From the NCBI GenBank assembly GCA_044892525.1, contig CM097885.1:241862001-241926000 (forward strand): 64,000 bases of DNA. Reading direction: 5' to 3'. Under the pieces are notes generated by a model. That model made no database searches. It was not told the DNA's origin and saw only the letters and a program-made list of their open reading frames with translations. Origin of the DNA: Schmidtea polychroa. Its lineage: Eukaryota. Positions 38,201 through 50,500 of this stretch are shown here, piece after piece; position 1 is the first letter of the stretch, and every line of letters begins with the position of its first letter. The position numbers and the translations under genes were made by a program.

Positions 38201-38475
38201 AATTGATGAGTGGCATTTGTATGACCTGACAAAAGATTTCATATTCTTCATAGCATTCATCCGATAAATGTATATTTCAATTTTCAGGCAATGATATTTT
38301 ATTCGTCGGAATAGCTGGACCAAAATCCCAATGTGAAGAAGTTTCAGTCAAGCATATGGGCCGTAATCAATTTGTTATTAATTATTTAGTTCAAGAAAAA
38401 GGTCGTCATTATTTGATGGTAAAATGGGGAGAGAAGAATATCCCTGGAAGTCCGTTTATCGTTGATGTTTTGTAA
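2460..38475 (+). CDS. FLN: Filamin (CH1-CH2 actin-binding domain + 20 filamin Ig repeats), multi-exon, ~2250 aa without and ~3460 aa with the giant exon
   Basis: Hand-spliced GT-AG exons with consistent phases: 2460-2820, 2876-2988, (3049-3057), 3357-3741, 4616-4734, 6259-6499, 6552-6752, 8726-8863, 8917-9053, 9100-9220, 10245-10438, 10490-10750, 14382-14730, 14780-14953, 15004-15327, (15721-19356), 19471-19622, 20386-20703, 20758-20947, 22581-22846, 22932-22964, 23019-23142, 25353-25622, 25681-25854, 28280-28438, 28569-28772, 28832-29113, 29164-29328, 29380-29570, 29621-29806, 31497-31806, 34688-34893, 34970-35171+ (runs into N gap), 38288-38475 (TAA). Filamin motifs: [34 protein letters not shown], repeated KV.V.GPG / AG.G.L...IEGPS.A.I / GSPF. 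Confidence 0.97.
3049..3057 (+). CDS. FLN: Candidate 9-nt microexon (Glu-Asn-Lys) in the CH1-CH2 linker
   Basis: Sequence tatttcag|GAAAATAAG|gtatttt: good acceptor and donor. Phase 0-0 between exons ending at 2988 and starting at 3357. The upstream intron would be 60 nt, matching the local minimal-intron class. Confidence 0.6.
4805..4884. repeat. (TA)n microsatellite
   Basis: About 40 consecutive TA units. Other (TA)n runs lie at ~5634-5677, 9266-9329, 10104-10181 and 47484-47526. Confidence 0.95.
6898..7606. other. Assembly gap (N)
   Basis: Run of N. Other gaps: 23477-23664, 31832-31970, 35172-35446 (hides the donor end of a filamin exon), 57529-57734, 58105-58362. Confidence 1.
9330..10103 (+). 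mobile_element. Non-autonomous Tigger/pogo (Tc1/mariner superfamily) deletion derivative
   Basis: Perfect 25-bp TIRs CAGTCGATTCCGCTTAATTGGGACA (9330-9354 / 10079-10103), TA on both sides. Internal ~9590-9799 translates as a pogo/Tigger transposase C-terminus ([24 protein letters not shown]...[11 protein letters not shown]). Confidence 0.85.
11010..11534. mobile_element. hAT-type MITE
   Basis: Imperfect 16-bp TIRs (TAGGGGTGTGGAACCT / AGGTTCCCCAACCCTG) and exact 8-bp TSD TCTTATTA at 11002-11009 and 11535-11542. Confidence 0.8.
12325..12631. mobile_element. hAT-type MITE with an extra internal right TIR
   Basis: TIRs CAGCGTTTCCCAGCCT / AGGTTGGGAAACGCTG. Exact 8-bp TSD ACTTAAGG at 12317-12324 and 12632-12639. 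A second GTTGGGAAACGCTG ends at 12412. Confidence 0.85.
15721..19356 (+). CDS. FLN: Giant 3636-nt symmetric cassette exon of filamin (1212 aa, Ser/Asn-rich, probably disordered)
   Basis: Acceptor aaattatcag| at 15720 gives G|GT TTT CCA ATG, in frame with the 15729-19379 ORF and in phase 1 with the donor at 15327. Donor TAT G|gtatac at 19356/19357 is phase 1 and joins GA AGT CCA TTC at 19471. Length 3636 = 3x1212, no internal stop. Confidence 0.75.
22045..22396. mobile_element. Probable Mutator-like MITE
   Basis: Inverted ends GGTACTAGGACAAAAT / ATTTTGTCCTACCACC, repeated subterminal GACAAAAT(A/G)TC motifs, and similar 8-9-bp flanks (cattttgtc / cattttgtt). Confidence 0.45.
24667..25199 (-). 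pseudogene. Penelope-like retroelement GIY-YIG endonuclease remnant, frameshifted
   Basis: Two overlapping minus-strand frames: [26 protein letters not shown], and [33 protein letters not shown]. These are the GIY-YIG core and C-terminal motifs typical of Penelope-like elements. Antisense in a filamin intron. Confidence 0.8.
27210..27674. mobile_element. piggyBac-like MITE containing a nested second piggyBac-like MITE (27427-27647)
   Basis: Outer: ttag|CCCTTTAGTGC ... GCACTAAAGGG|ttaa. Inner: ttaa|TCCTTAAACCACTGAAA ... TTTTAGTGGTTAAAGGT|ttaa. Confidence 0.65.
31971..32119. repeat. Perfect 69-bp inverted repeat with 11-nt spacer
   Basis: 31971-32039 is the exact reverse complement of 32051-32119. 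The left arm begins at the edge of the N gap. Confidence 0.9.
32167..32253. repeat. (AAT)n microsatellite
   Basis: About 29 AAT units. A similar imperfect run lies at ~7737-7829. Confidence 0.95.
33267..34493. repeat. 252-bp tandem repeat, ~4.9 copies, in a filamin intron
   Basis: CTATAAATCAG recurs at 33481, 33733, 33985, 34237 and, degenerate, at 34489. The middle copies are near-identical. Confidence 0.95.
37100..37960. repeat. 21-bp minisatellite (~GATATTGAATACACACATTCT/CA) with an 84-bp higher-order block
   Basis: ATATTGAATA recurs every ~21 nt. Variant GAATTC units at 37565, 37649 and 37733 (84-bp spacing). Confidence 0.95.
38288..38475 (+). CDS. FLN: Filamin last exon (repeat 24-equivalent, dimerisation domain) ending TAA
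   Basis: ttttcag|GC AAT GAT ATT TTA TTC GTC GGA... translates to [28 protein letters not shown]...[19 protein letters not shown]. Not in the ORF track because it has no start codon. Confidence 0.93.
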
Positions 38476-38796
38476 AATATGTCCACCACAGTGACCTTTG
38501 TTTTTCACGTAACATTCCAATTTTGTGACACTTCAATGCAAAGTGTTAGAAATAATTCGTTTTTCCTAACATAGGCATATTCATATATATAGAAGATTTT
38601 GCTGTCGATATTTTGATAATTGAACTTTTATTGTCGTGAGCAGAATGTTATATTATTCTTATTCTTATTCTTATTACTGACTAACAAGCCGCTATGGAGC
38701 CTTTTAATCGCTCATTTGGTGCATTATTGCATCTTTATTTAGTCACCCGGACTTTGTTATTTATATATTCACTGATTTGCTAATTGTTTTCATTTT

Positions 38797-38802
38797 AATA
38801 AA
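38797..38802 (+). promoter_or_regulatory. Candidate filamin polyadenylation signal AATAAA
   Basis: AATAAA about 320 nt after the stop, followed by T-rich sequence. The hexamer is common in AT-rich DNA. Confidence 0.35.
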
Positions 38803-39889
38803 GAATTTGATCACATTTTTTATATTTTTATTGCTGTTGATTTATTTTTCATTTAAATATATTTAATTTATTACATTTATTTTTTATTTTCTTTGAATAA
38901 TACTATTTCTCATGTATTTTGTTAATATAATAAAAAAAATTATTTACTATAAATAATGTATATAAAATAAAAGTACATTTCTAGTCGTATAGGAATGTTA
39001 ACAAATTAAATTGAAACTTTCGATGTAGGGTATAAAAATAAAGAAACGAAATAAGATTATAAAAACAAAAAAAATCTCACTGTTATTCTTTTACTTAAAA
39101 ATATATTAGCTAGAAGCCAATGATAGACTTTTGAACTTTCCGAGAGAAAACCATAGAAATTGTAGTTTCCAAGAAATTTACGAGACTTACTTACCTGCTT
39201 TGATTGTTCCTTTCACAGAAGATTTTAAAAGAAAGGTGAAAACTCTAAACTTGAACGTAAAGTGTTTATACGAGGAGGGGGCAAGAATCAATTGATTATA
39301 TGACGATCCAAGCTACATAGAAACAGAGGATCAGAAAGATAACAACATTAATCCTAAAAGAGATCAGACCTGAATTTATAGGTGACATTGATAGAATGTA
39401 GGAAAATTTGTAACATTAATGGAGATTAACATAGATGCTACATTATTAAACAAGATTCACAGTAGTGTGATTCAAAATATTTAATAACCGGTCCGCACCC
39501 TCAAAACATTTGAGAACCTGATCGCACTCACCCAAAAAAATTAAACTTTAATTCATTATTTAATTTCATAAATTATTTTAATTTAAAAGAATTCAATAAA
39601 AAGAGATAATAGAAACAGGATATATATTACTTATTATTTATACATATTAATGTTTAAAATTATTGTAAATATTTCCAAATTGAAATTTGATTGCAAGCAT
39701 GCCTCTGTAAAATTTTTGAATTTCGTTTGCAATTTTTTTAATTTTTTCTTGGTACTTATGGGAAGGCATGTTCTGATAAAATATTTGAATTTCGTATGTG
39801 ATTGTTTACTTTGCTTATCATTTCTTTGTTAATAACCGGTAGAATAGAAACGGTTCGCGCGAACCGGCTGAATCCCACCAATGAAGATT

Positions 39890-40620
39890 CATATTGTTGG
39901 GTTAATATTGTTAACACGGTTCAATTATTAAATCAAGATCCAACACAGAATACTTTATTAAACGTCAACGAAATTCGCGACAACATTGTCATTTATTGTA
40001 AAAGATCTTAAAATATAATTACCGAAATGAGAAATTAGAACAGATCCCTGCTCAAAATCTTTGAAGTTAACATTGAGTAATATTAAACAAGAAGTACCAA
40101 ATCTAAATGCAGAAGAGCAAAAATCTAAGAAATGGATGTATAGTGATGAATCGATGTAAGACCTTCTATCGGTACTCATGAACCCGAAAATTAAAATCCA
40201 ATGAGAAGTAGTCCTATTAATGGAGCTCACCCGCTCATTGATTTTTAGTTACTGTGTACAAGTATAGCTACAACCCTGAGTAAGCTCAAGAAAGAGGATA
40301 CAGTTACTCCGCTAGACCATTAACGGTAAAGACTATTTAGAATACGCACATTTTGTTGTGAGAAAATCTACTAAAACAGTGACTAACAACAAACTTCTCG
40401 CAAAGTAACGCCAAATTGTGCCTATTGAACTAATGTCAGTAATTAAATCAAAGCTGTACTTTCTGTCATGTGAACGTAGCACAACTCTGTTTGAAATCGA
40501 TCGACACCTGAATTCCAGTAAGAGGCTACACTATATTTCATCTGGTGTGCACCAAGGGAAAATCACTATTATACACATCAGTCACTGTCAGTGAGTCACA
40601 ACTACCAAACTCCATATCTT
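39890..40620 (+). pseudogene. Highly degraded non-LTR retrotransposon RT fragment
   Basis: ISSGVHQG at 40535-40558 resembles the LINE RT SGVPQG motif. Surrounding frames are full of stops. Confidence 0.35.
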
Positions 40621-40979
40621 CATAGCGTTAAGAGTAGGAACGCCCAAACCAAAACAACATATTTTCAAATGACGAATTGATATATTTCAGTTAAAAGTAT
40701 TTCAAATTACTAATGAAAGTATAATGAAACAGGGTTTTGTGTTTTTCCCTTTAGATTTAGAAAAGAGATGATAATATCTGTCTTTATGATCCGACAAAAA
40801 CTGGTGAATGGGTTGTATCTCAAGATATTCTAAACTTCAAAAATACTCATTGATCGTGTAGAGTCGTGAAAATATTTGGACAACAAAATAAAAATTATTT
40901 AATAAGATAAATAACTGTAGTAAGTACAAATAGATGAAATTGTTACCTACTTTATTGTTTCTAAGGTTAACTAATTTAA

Positions 40980-41113
40980 CCCCTTTACCGAAGTGCTACG
41001 AGTTAAGTCGTCATAAAAAATGTTGGGCTTAACCGTGCATCACGAGTTAACTCGTCATCAGATGTAAAAGCCTTCTGTGCGTCCCAAGTAAACTCGTGTT
41101 AATATGAAAATAG
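40980..41113. mobile_element. piggyBac-like left end interrupted by the solo LTR
   Basis: TTAA|CCCCTTTACCG followed by subterminal repeats ACGAGTTAAGTCGTCAT / ACGAGTTAACTCGTCAT. No matching right end was identified. Confidence 0.4.
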
Positions 41114-42173
41114 TGTTGAGGTCTGTAAATTAAAATTAAAATTTAAATGAAATTTAGGATAATAATTCAAATAGAAAGTTAGCGAAGAAAAAAGACAAAT
41201 AAAAGCGGGATCGCGCACAGAATCAATAGTAAAGGAAAGTGTGATGGAAACAGTATTAGGAAATGCCAAAAGCAATTACGAAAGGCAAGAATCCGAAAAT
41301 CCGAGAAAAATCAATAAATTGTAAAATCATCGAAATCGAATTGGGAAAACGGGACAGGTATAGATTAGCTAATGGTCAACAAGATGATGATTAGGGATTT
41401 ATCAGAAAATGGTTAGGAAGGGTCGAAAAACATTCAAATGTATGAAAACAGAAAACGTTAATTAATTAATTAATTGGCTAATGGAAAACCCGAGCTAATG
41501 GGAAACCCGAGCCAATGGAGAACCCGAGAGATAAAGGAAACCCGAGCTGGGTAAACAAGAAGAAAAGCAAACAGAAGGAAGATTTGGGCCCATTAGCTTG
41601 ACACAATGATTAATGGGAAAAGAGTAAGGAGAAGATAGCGCGCGTAGGAAGACCGGTAGGGCCATTAATTATCTGGATTCGTAGGACCATTATGGGTGAC
41701 AGCCGAAGCAAATACGTAGGAGCAAATGTCAAACGAAAGATTGGCTCGGCAATAACCATTTGTCATCCTGATTTCGAGGAGTATATAAGCAAAAGGAAAA
41801 TCAGAGAAAATCGGCATCTTGCCTCAGCTAGGGTTCGAAGAATCAGAGCGTAGAAAAAGTTGGTAAACGAATTAGGGAAAGTAGGGAAAAGAAGAAATAG
41901 AATTAAGAATACGGAAAGGTGAAAAGGAATCAAACCAAACAGAAACCGAGGAAAACGTGAATCGAGAGAATCTAAAGGACTAAAAGGTGAATATTATTTG
42001 TTTGCAAAGCATCAACGCCGAGCGGAGAATCGTAAAAAACTTTGATCAGTAATTGTAGCGTGATAATAAATTGTGAACCTGTTGTTTCAATATACGTTGG
42101 GTCGTTCATTGTTTTGATTTAAAGAACACTAGGAGTCAGAGAGAACCGAGTTGAAATAATCCAAAACCCAACA
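41114..42173 (+). mobile_element. Solo LTR (probably Ty3/gypsy class)
   Basis: TGTTG...CAACA termini and 4-bp TSD ATAG (41110-41113, 42174-42177). Internal GAAACCCGAG repeats at ~41485-41550, TATATAAG at 41782, AATAAA at 42065. No adjacent coding region. Confidence 0.8.
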
Positions 42174-45100
42174 ATAGTATAGGAAATGTATAGGGCGCTA
42201 ATCCAACAGCCAGCTAGTTCAACAGTGGATGATAAAATTAGGTTATCACGTGATGCCAAAAGTGAAAGTGGAACGTAGACAAGAACAAAAATGTTCGAAA
42301 GAACAAAAAACTTTTTATTATGATTTTATTATGATTATAATTTATAACTTTTTATTACGATTATAATTTATGTATAGTATGGCTTGTGTAGATGTATGTG
42401 TACATATATTCGTATAGTCTTGAATTTGCATGCACATCGAAGAAAAGCCATGATACAGCACTATGTGCAGCTACATGTTTTGGTGTTTATCACACCAAAT
42501 ATGATTACTAAAACAATTGACATCAAATATACTTATCAGTTTAGTTCGTTATTGAACAGTACAATTTAGTATAGAACATTTGAAGCAGTTATAAAAAAAA
42601 TTAAATCTTTTTTAAATAAAGTAGAAAAATTCAGGTTTTTCTTATTTTCTTCACAATTTCTAAAAGACAACTCATTTTCACCTAAAAACATTTTATTATG
42701 CCAGGACAACATAACATATCAAATTATGAAAGAAAAAAATACACGGTTTGCATAACAAAAAAAAATTTCCACGGTATTGTAGTTAATAAAAGCAAAAGAT
42801 ATAAATAAATAAAGCTACTGCCAACTTTGGTACTTCTAGGTTTAATTGACGAAATAAATGTAACCGGCAAAACTAATTTAAAAAAGGCAAAAAGTATAAT
42901 TAAATAAAACTACAACAAACTTTGGAACTCCTAGGTCTAATTGATGAAATAAAAGTAAATGGTAGAATGAATCAGGCGAAAGAGACGTTGACCACAACAG
43001 TTTTAGTGGTTGCGTTATTTTTATTCCTAATTAATTGAATTATGTATTGTGGTGCATGTGAGACTGAAAGGTGAATGTGAGTTTTGGATGTTTGATTGAT
43101 GGGGTCCTGACTCAACGGGTATAATGATGGTTAGGGACGGATAAACGTTTTTCAATTCCATTGTCGAGGGAATAAAGAAAAGGAACTGCACATTGAGAAC
43201 AACCAATGATCAAGATTGTTATCTCCTTTTCCTTTGATTTATCGTTCCAAAAACAGGTATATTGTAGTGCAACTGTTCAAAAACACGAGAGCAGACCGCA
43301 AAGCTGCTATGCGATTGGTAGAATTATATCTGGAAAGTAAATGGTTCCATCACGAGGAAATATATAAGCGGATGAAGTAGATAAATCATTTACAAACACT
43401 AGCCACTCAGGACAAAATGGAGATCCGCGCTTTGAAAACTAATATCTGACAGTTAGAAACTCAGTCGAATCAAGCCATTGTGAATCGATTTATAGTCAAT
43501 CGAATACAGTGCCCATGACGGTAGTTACTGTAGCGTTGGGAAATTGGAGTGGACAATTTGCGGAGATAACAATCACAGCGAGTGGACAAAGGAAGCGTAA
43601 TAAGCCGGAAAAGCTCGAGCGCACCCGATGACGCGTTCAAAAATAAGCACGAGTCACAAGGCGTTCTAGATTCTTGATCTTTCTAACGGAGTATGATATG
43701 TATAAATAAATAGTTTAAGTTAGAATATACTACTTGAGTAAAGTCGCACCAATGAGTATTGATGGTTATGACTAGCCCTTCTTTCTAATTTCAGGGGAGC
43801 AACATCTGCGCACGTTACGGGTAGAATTGCAACACTTAAGCACGGTGTGGCAGGAATTTCAAGATGTCCTTGCCATAGCCATAAAAGCCGTAGCCGCATT
43901 ACAATGGATGTATGAGAGCAGATGTCTAGTCTTCAGAACTTCCTTGTTGTATGTTATAATCATAGAATAAAATTTTGTTAACAAGCGTTTTTATCATACT
44001 AAAAATTACTATGAACTAACATATAGGGAACCTAAAATTAAGTCAGACACGTGCCTTCTAATGGTATTCCGCAAACCCACTCGAATGCTCGACGACTATA
44101 GTGTACAATGGTACGCTCACTTTTCTAGAGTATCCACCCATTCGATACAGTTCCAGCGTTGCTTACCCAACAAGTATCGAGTGGTACATGAAAGTTGTAT
44201 TCTTGATTACACTGGAAACAGCACTAATGGGTATAGTTTTATTACCTGTAAATCACCAATAATACGTAAATAATACAAAAATACAACAAATCAATTTTTT
44301 TCCAACGTTCCTTTCCTTTTTTTCAGTCTCTTTTCCTCGCTTTTGTTTCTCAATATTCAAGAACTGAATTCCTTTTACTTTTTTCAGTTTTCCCTATTCA
44401 TTTTAATAATTGCTTTTTTATTATTTAGATATCCTCAAAAAGCCTGTGCCACAATCCAGCGAATAACTTGATTTGTGATGGAAGCACAGTAGTAAAGTAA
44501 TATTTCAGTGTGAAGTTAAAGTATTCTAAGATTTTAGGTAATGGACAATGAAAGTAATGCCAAGTTAATATATCCTAATTAACAGAATATATCAGAGTTG
44601 TTTCGTCAAGAAATTGTAGGGGAAAACATAATCAAGTATTTTGAATATACCAATAATTTAGAATATACAACTTTGAATAGTAACTCTAAAATGTTATAGG
44701 TAATACTTTTATATTTTACAATTGATTTTCTTAGATTTTAATACATACTGATCAGTTTAAACAACAAATTTGAATATAATATCTTCTGTCACTATTTAGC
44801 AAAACCAATTTACAATATTTTTACTTCCTTAATATTTTTAACAGTGGTCATTGTATAATTAATTTTTATTTTATATGTTAAATAAAGCACGTGATAAACT
44901 TTCAATTTGCAATTAATTTTTTTAATTTAATAAAATACATTTATCTAATAAATTTTATTGACAGAAGTAATTATACATTTGGTCTATTCGGTTAGTTTAT
45001 AAACAAATGAAATAAAGTATGAAAATTATAAATTTGATTTTGTTTAAAGCAACTTTTACGAAACATGTTAAATACAAATTTTGTATGGCCCTGACAAAAA

Positions 45101-45203
45101 TTGTTTTTATAATCAAGTATTTTAAAAGTTAAATCGAGTCCATACAAAATTTAACTTTTACTATTTAAATTATTTTAGACTTTATAATTATATCATTATT
45201 TAA

Positions 45204-47480
45204 ATGCCTGAAGTTCAATATAAATTCAAATCAAGTTTATCGTTTGAAGTAATTAAATTCTCCGAATCATCAATTACCGTTGGTGTCTTAAAAGACTTAA
45301 TAAATCAAAAACAATCGATAAAAACAAGTGGATTTGACTTGAAATTAAAAGATACTCATGGAAAAAGTATGTCACTTTAATCCAATATTTGTTAAATTAA
45401 CCAATTTATTTCAGTTTATACAGATGATGATGAAACTATTGATCTTAAATCTAAAATTATTGTCTCAAGAGTTCCTAAAGTATCTAAAACTCAACTGAAG
45501 TATGAATTAAATGTGTTTTATAAATAATTGTTAATAAAATAATCACAGTATTAAAAAGAAAGATTCTTCAATAACAAATAATGTTGCAGAAAACCAAATA
45601 GAGTCTAATGCCGAAAAACTAATAAGCATATTAGATGAAAAGATTGAGTAATTTTTCATGTATTTAATTAGAAAGCAAAACAAATAAAGTCTTAATTAAA
45701 AGCTTAAAAGATCTACCATTTGTTAATTATTTAATTTAATGATTTTAACATTTTTGTTTAATCTTTTTTTACCAATAAATAAGATTTTAAGTTAAAAATT
45801 ACCTTTTTTCCCTTCTATATATGACCAGTGGAATCCCATTATAATATGATGAAATGTTGGACTATTTGTACCCAGCGATCACCGTATTTTATTATTATGT
45901 TATTATTTACAAATAACTAATTACTGACTCTAAATTTCAATAATAATTCTAAATCTGCGAATAATGTAATGCCATTGTTTCCTGGTATATATTATGTTTT
46001 ACAGTATTTTTTTAATTTCTAGCATCAGTTTTCTTTTACAGTATCAATAACGTTGGAATTCGCACTCTCCCCTTTTAATCTCAGTTGAAATAGTTATAAA
46101 ATTTCAATTCATAAACTAATACAAGATTCCCTGACAGTCAGATTGATTTATTGAATTGAAATTTCCAAGAATATTGCCTTATTTGTGCACGATAAGTACA
46201 TCGAATCCCTATTGATAAAAGATTTACAAGTATCTTTCAATCAATATTTGAGTTTTTCACAGTACACATACTTATATAGTAAGTAGATGTGATCCCCATG
46301 GGTCCCTATTGGTTATCGCGCATGTAACCCCCCCCCCCCCCCCCCCAGAAAATATCACCAGTGTTGCGATCTCGCGAAATGATTTTTCGCGCGCTGGTAG
46401 GACGAGTTGTCGTGTGTTATTGATTATTAAGTGCGATTATTGATTTTTAGGTGACAATGTGCAAAGTCCGAATTCTGACTATAGTCTGAGGTATTTTTGG
46501 TTTTTAGTCTATATTCAGAAGCACTGAAACATTTTGCACCATAAAAATATAGTTATTGATTTTTAAGTGCAAAGAAAAAGTTAGTTTTCATCATATCCAC
46601 CATCATTAGTAATATAAAGGAGAGTACGAATCTGTAGATTAAAATTTGGAAGTCTTAATATGAGCGAGATTTAGTTGAATAAATATTGGTTTACACATTT
46701 CCATATAAAAATAATTCCGATGAATGCAAGTGAGTGCCAAGAAAATGGTTCACATCTTCTATTACACCTGTTAGGAAATTTTTTATTTTCAGAGCCAATT
46801 GACAAGGAACACTATCTCAGTCTGTATTCTATAAGCTTTCTAGTCCTTTTTTACAGATTCTGCATATATACAAAGGGACTTTTTGTAATAGAAGGCGTTC
46901 AATAAGTGTGTTATACTATTGAATACATCATAATTATTGTCTAAATATGAATAAATAAGTTGGTGTTGCATATGATAATTTACCACATTGACGGACAGTA
47001 GATACAAGTGATATTTGAAAATTCTATCTATATGACGGCTATAGACGCAAATGTCCGCCAACGTGTTAACACGTGTTTTATGTTATCCCTATCAATGCGA
47101 GTATGGCTGAAGCAGCTTTCATTAAAACTGAGGGTTTCAAGTATGCAGAACTGGCACGGCGATTACCGTATTCATTATATTACGTGTTTTATATAACATC
47201 ACTTTTCCAGTTTTACAATTTTATTACAAAATGCGAGTGATATTTTCTATTCCTATTATCTTTGGTTTCATGGATTTAATTCCAATCAATGAAATTGCCA
47301 GTTTCATATATAATACGATTCATTCACGAGTTTTATTTATATAACGATAATATTAAATTAAATAATAAAAACCACAATCTAACTATTTATTCAATCAAAA
47401 TAACTGCCAATTGAAAGTTAACATTCAAACAACTCAAACACCGCTTTTAATACATATTAACTTGAAATTATTTATTCTAC

Positions 47481-47529
<49 letters not shown>

Positions 47530-50500
47530 CTTTGAATCCAATATATGCGGTATCCCTCGAATGGTTCCATACTGAAGTTTTTTTCTTTTCTATAAATTGT
47601 CCAATAAACATTCCGTCATGACGTCATGTTTTAAAATAAATAATACTATCAACAATTTGACTAGTTCATTATTTATTAAATGAAATTAAAAACACTACCA
47701 AAAACACATCAATCTTGAAAAAAGTTTATCACTACGTTATATATAAATTCGATATGTTACAGGTTGATTTAAATAATTTAAACTAATATTAGATCATTGT
47801 TTGCCGTTAAGGAAACTGTAAATTTTTAAACATTAATAAATCTCCACTTCTTTTTCGTGATAAGTGTTTGAACAATTTCTTTTTTTAATGTTAAACAAAA
47901 TGAAAATTCATCAATGGTAATAAACATTAATGGTTTTACATATACATATTCAGTAAGCTACTGTATTTATATTATGAATATTCAATGAAGTTCACACATG
48001 AAATTTAAAATATGTTTCTTAATCTCAACTTAAGGTTTTATTATATAAATAAACTAGCCGTATTACCGTGCTTCGTTACGGTTATATTTTTCTAATTAAT
48101 CAATGTTTAACTAAGTTTCATTTTTCACATTATTTATAATTAGCATAATATTAATAGTTACAATATAAAATATAAAAACAGTTTGCCGTTTTTGAAGTTT
48201 AATATTGTGTAGCAATACTATCGAAGTTCCCAGTTTGAATTAAAGTCTGGAGTAATTTAAGTTAAAGGTATAGAAAAACTTAACTGAGTGGTGAATCGTA
48301 TCATCCGTAGACTTCAATGATTCATGCTACCATTCTTCAGATGCTAACTTCATTCAACAACGAAGATTCTTTAATTCTCAAGTTCTTAAATTCCGGGTCA
48401 ATTCTTTCAGTTAAAATATTGAAATATTTATTTTGCTAACATCGTTCGTCCGTAAAATTAATTTTTCTATCCTCTTCAACTTACCCATATCCATCCTTAA
48501 TAAAAGTAAATAATTCAAAAAACCTTTATTCCTTCATAACATTTATCCAAGTCGATTTCGTTTTGGTTCATAGCAAAATCACTGAAAATTTATATTTTTT
48601 TAGGGTATAAACTTTTGTAATTTTAATAATTAGTAATAAAAATATAATTATCTCTAATTACGGCGTTAAAACCATAAGCGAAAATATATAATGAAAATGA
48701 AAAGTAACGAAATCTCACAGATATCTTAATTTTTAGGATTTTATCCGTTAATGACAGTGGATTAAATTATTTCAAAATCAGTAGTACGTGAAAATAATTG
48801 ATAATGGGTAGTCAAAAAAACTACGGCATTTGTAACGTCAAATTTTCACCATTTACGATAAAATAAATGTTATACTTTATATCAAGCTATCGCAAAAATC
48901 TCTTTAGTTTGCAGCTTTGGCATTAAAGGTATGCGGCCCAGTAAATTTTCAGCTATCTAGTTTTAGGCTATGAAAACATCGAAAAGTGGCAAACAAACCC
49001 ACCCACAAACATGCTTAAAGTTTTATATATAAGATGAAAACTATTTGAAATTTTATTCCACATATCATACATTTTACACAAAATGTTTACCTCCGCAAAA
49101 AATGATTGAAAAAAAATACTGATCAATAATATAAAAATTAATGAATTGTCATTATTTGTGTAAGGTTCTGTGAAAGTATACATTTTGTGTAAATTTTTGT
49201 TATGTCGAATAAAATTTTAATACAACATATTTGGTTTTTATGGTTTTTCCTAAGATGGTAAGTGTTTATGTACATTTTAACTAAATTTTATCGGGTATTG
49301 TTTATATGAAAATAATCTATTCGACTATAAATGCATAATAATAATACTAATAATAATCTGTTATTCCAATTATCACCAAAATGACTATTTTAGTTATTGA
49401 CTTATTATGATCCCAATAACGATTTCAAAGTTTGGTTTGGTTTTGGAAGTGTTCTCTATTTTACAGTTCAACATTTTTGATTTTGTAGTGCATTCAGAAC
49501 AGAAATGTCAATGTTGGAATATAGATTATACATAATTTATAAATAAATATATTTTTTAATTTTTAGTATAATACATTATTCATTTTACGTTTATTCATTT
49601 ATTGTAAAATATTGAATACTTGACCACTTAATGACCTGTTATGATATTATAAAATTTATATTAGGATATAGTAATAAAACATTTATATTTTGATACGTTA
49701 TTCAATTAAGTAGTGTATCTGGGAAAGTCGATCCGATAGTAGAGAAAATTGAACAACCAATACCTGATATCCTAAAATGTTGTCTTTGCAATCAGTTAAT
49801 GAAAGACTCGATGCAAATTAAGTGCTGTAAAAAGAGTTATTGTCACGAATGCATTACTGGTTATTTATTCGACCCAGATATCTCAGGTTCCCTTGAATGT
49901 CCCGATTGTAAATCAATTGTTAGTCGGTTTTCCCCATATTGTGATAATTACTCGAGAATTAGGTTTCTATTAAAGATGCTAATCTCGTGGATAATATGAA
50001 AATCAGAAGCATGGTGCATGATTTCCAACACGGTAAACTAGATTCGGGAAATGTTGATACTGTTGAAGATAATCCACCAACCGAAGAATTATTAATGCAT
50101 TTGGAAAACGTTCAAGAGATTGAAATAACCACAGAGAATTCAAATATTCAAGAAGAAGAAATTCCGGTAAAATCGTATGAAAATGTGGAATCCTCTCAAA
50201 TTGACGACATGTTATTACCAGATGATAAGAATTACAATTCCACTGATTCAGTTATTCAGCAGCAACATTCACCCTTAGATCCCACTGTCATTAATACTGG
50301 TAGGTCATTATTAGCTCATCATTATCATTATTTTCTCGCTTAACAGTTTTCAAGGAAACATTTAATTATATAAAAATAAAACCTTTTGAATTCATAATGT
50401 TAACATAATCATCATTGAGTTTGTTTGCCTTATTGACCCTTATTTTTTTGAGTAATGTCAATAAACACTTAAATAAACACAAAAATATATAGTGATTTTT

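Noticed and set aside
43690-43983. Second solo LTR
   Set aside because: TG..CA-like ends and AATAAA are present, but no matching TSD was found.
46327-46346. Poly-C tract as a G-quadruplex or regulatory element
   Set aside because: Single homopolymer run with no supporting context.
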